NCBI GenBank assembly: GCA_977017645.1
Contig: OZ360219.1
Span: forward strand, 57,350,001 to 57,414,000
Direction: 5' to 3'
Origin: Torpedo marmorata
Taxonomy: Eukaryota
Length of the DNA: 64,000 nt
In this document: in pieces, positions 61,026-64,000 of the stretch
Layout: every line of letters starts with the position of its first letter
How positions within the stretch are numbered: the stretch's first letter is position 1
Position numbers and translations under genes: made by a program
The notes under the pieces: generated by a model
Databases searched by the model: none
What the model was told of the DNA's origin: nothing
Seen by the model: only the letters and a program-made list of their open reading frames with translations

Positions 61026-64000
61026 GGGTACACCAAGTCCTGGGCAAGTTAACTCTTTCAGTACCTAGTCCCAGTGTGTACTCCAAAAGACGTCATCCTT
61101 CCTGCTGACCGTCCGCAGTCCAAATGGTCAGTCATGGTCCATAACACCTCCCACCCACAAAGAAAATTTTCGTCTGCAAGAACAAAATTTTGGAAATTAA
61201 TTGAGGTGTCACAATATAAACAAAACCCACAATGTTCATCCACAAATACAAAATATGAACTATTATCATTTATAAAGTTTAGCATCAAGAAAGACAATCA
61301 GCAATTACATTATATTTCCCTTTTATATGTGTTATTACCAAATCATATTCTTGCAAAATTAGACTCCAATTCAATAACCGTCGATTCTTATTTTTCATTT
61401 TACAAAGAAAAACCAATGGATTATGCTCAGTATACACTATGAGTGGTTTTTGAGTGTACAGATATAAACATCAAAGTGTTGTAGAGCCAACAACTCTTTT
61501 TCTATGGTTGACAAATTCCTTTGATGATCATTGAACTTCTTCGAGAAGTAGGATACCGGATGGTCAATGTCCTCTTCGTTCTTCTTCTGTAACAGCACCG
61601 CATGCACAGCTTCATCGCTGGCATCCACGGCTAAAGAAAACGGCTGTTCTAAATTAGGTGACTTAATTTAAGGTTGGTGGCATAACATGGCTTTCAATTT
61701 GACAAATGCTTCCTGATAACCTGTCGACCATACAAATTTTTCTCCCTTTCGAAGCAAATTTGTAAGAGGGAGCGCAAGATCAGCAAAGTTTTTACAGAAC
61801 TTGCGGTAGTAGCCAATCATTCCCAGGAACCTCCTCAAGAGTTTTCCTACCAGTTGGAACAGGGAACTCGGAAATAATCACAACCTTTTCCTCTACTGGC
61901 GCCAACTTCCCCTGTACTAATACATAACCCAGAGAATTAACAGTCCCATGACCCTCTCTGAAACTAGTTTTATCTATCTCCTCCTTTCCCCTGTCAATAA
62001 CCAGCACCTCTGGTAAATGTTCAGTCCCTTTTTGCGGCACCTGTTCAAAATATGGCTTAATCATATTCACATGACAGACCTGTGTGTCTCGTCTGCGATT
62101 AGGTGTTTCTATGACATAGGTGACATCATTAATTTTTGACTTAACTCTATAGGGTCCTGAAAATCTCGCCCTAAGAGGATTTGAATGGATGGGAAACAAA
62201 CCTAATACGTTCTCACCAGGTTTAAAAGTTCTCATCTTGGCCTTTCGATCATACCAAACCTTCATTCTCTGTTGAGTGGCCTTTAAATTCTCCTTTGCCA
62301 TCTCACAAGCCCTATGTAACCGATCCTTAAATTTTGAAACATAATCTAACAGATTTAAATGCACATCACTATTAATCCACTGTTCTTTTAATAATCTTAA
62401 AGGACCTCTCACCTCATGTCCGAAAACTAACTCGAATGGACTAAAACCAAGTGATTCTTGGACATACTCCCTCGCTGCAAATAACAACAAATGAACACCC
62501 TCATCCCAATCCTTTTCCTTCTCACAACAATAAGTTCTAATCATGTTTTTCAAAGTCGAATGGAACCTCTCCAAGGCCCCTTGACTTTCTGGATGGTACG
62601 CAGAGGATACAATCTGTTTAACTCCCAGTCCATCAACCACTTGTTGGAAAACGCCTGACATGAAATTACTGCCCTGATCTGATTGAATTTCCCTTGGCAA
62701 ACCTACCAAGGTGAAAAACTTTATCATAGCCTTTACAATTGACTTTGCTTTAATGTTTCTCAGAGGAATGGCCTCTGGAAATCTGGTGGCTGCACACATT
62801 ATTGTTAACAAATACTCATTCCCCGTTTTGGGCAATGGGCCAACACAGTCCAGAATCACTCTCGAGAAAGGCTCACTGAAAGCAGGGATAGGTTGCAAGG
62901 GGGCCACCGGGGGACCCTGATTAGGTTTACCCACCACCTGACAAGTGTGACAGGCCCGGCAAAAGCTTACAACCTCCCTTCTCAAACTGGGCCAATAAAA
63001 TTGTTTCATTATCTTCCTTATAGTTTTCTTCACCCCAAGGTGACCACCTAAGGGTGTACTATGAGCCAAAGTTATTATTGCATCCCTATATACTTTAGGG
63101 ATCACAACCTGCTGCACTACTGCCCATTCTTCATTGGCAGGAACATCACATGGTCTCCACTTTCTCATCAACACCCCATCTTTTTCATATTAACCCACTG
63201 GCACCTTTTTAATCTCCTCTTCAGAGAGAACCTTATCCCTCACCTCAGCAAGATCAGGATCATCCTTTTGCCTTACTATTAGCTCCTGTCGGGATAGTGA
63301 CAAATCCGTGCCTTTAGGTGTCTTATCAGTGGATGGGTGTAACATAGGAGATTGCTCAACCTTTTCCACGTGTTCTTGATTATCACTGACTTTTTCTTTC
63401 ACCAAGTTAATTTCCACTGCCTTCTCTACAGTGACATTTTTCTTAGACATGGCCCTGGTTATAGCACATGCCGGATAAATATCAGACTTTTTCTCTGACT
63501 TATCAATGACTGGCTTAGTGGTAATTCGCACTGCAGGAACTACTTTACCCTTGGCCAAGTCATTGCCTAACAACAGTGAGACTCCTTCGACTGGCAACTC
63601 TGATCTCACTCCTATTATAACAGGTCCTTCCACCAAGTCTGAGTCCAACACTATTTTGTGCAAAGGAATGGACTCAACATCACCCCCAATTCCTTTAATT
63701 AAATTTATGTCACCGGTGTCAGTAGCTTCACAAAATTCCAAGACACTATCTAACACAAGTGACTGAGCAGCTCCAGTATCTCGCAAGATTTTCACTGGAA
63801 CTTGTTTTGATCCTGCCTTAACTGAAACAAAACCATCAGTCACAAAAGGTTTAAATACATCTTTAACTTTGTCAGTAAATTTATCTCCTTCCTGGGTATT
63901 ATGCCTCTTCTCACTCTGAATACAAGCATTAGGTGTTGCATCCTTTTCTCTCTTCTTTTTCAACACTGGACAACTTGCTAGCATATGACCAGCCTTCCTA
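60269..64000 (-). mobile_element. Gmr1-like Gypsy element (PR-IN-[RT deleted]-RH), running off the window; 3' LTR 60269-61146
   Basis: ILRDTGA protease; HHCC + DDE integrase upstream of FLGMIGYYRKF and DASD..EKELLAL RNase H; PPT GTGGGTGGGAGG next to a TGTTA..TAACA LTR. Confidence 0.92.

Overview
Eukaryotic, repeat-dense vertebrate DNA. The repeat complement (CR1, Rex1/Babar, L1/Tx1, RTE, Penelope, V-SINEs, Deu-like repeats) points to a cartilaginous fish; that assignment is inference. Two host genes sit head-to-head across a ~700-bp bidirectional promoter: ETFDH on the minus strand (coding exon 1 35446-35479, exon 2 20787-20936, rest outside the window) and a C4orf46 orthologue on the plus strand (36185-36262 + 39072-39227, 77 aa). 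Most other sequence is nested transposable elements: L1s, CR1s, Rex1, RTE, hAT and Tigger-type MITEs, a Tc1, two Gypsy elements (one with Gmr1-type domain order), a two-gene Harbinger and a 5S-derived SINE. The standout is a 4.4-kb LTR-bounded element (12718-17127, minus) in ETFDH intron 2. It has no pol; instead it carries a BEL/Pao-like gag remnant joined to intronless host-gene pieces: an SLTM/SAFB-type SAP domain and two MIPOL1 blocks in permuted order. The MIPOL1 join is in frame and looks like a back-splice (circRNA) junction. All protein identities come from my recall of vertebrate sequences; no searches were run.
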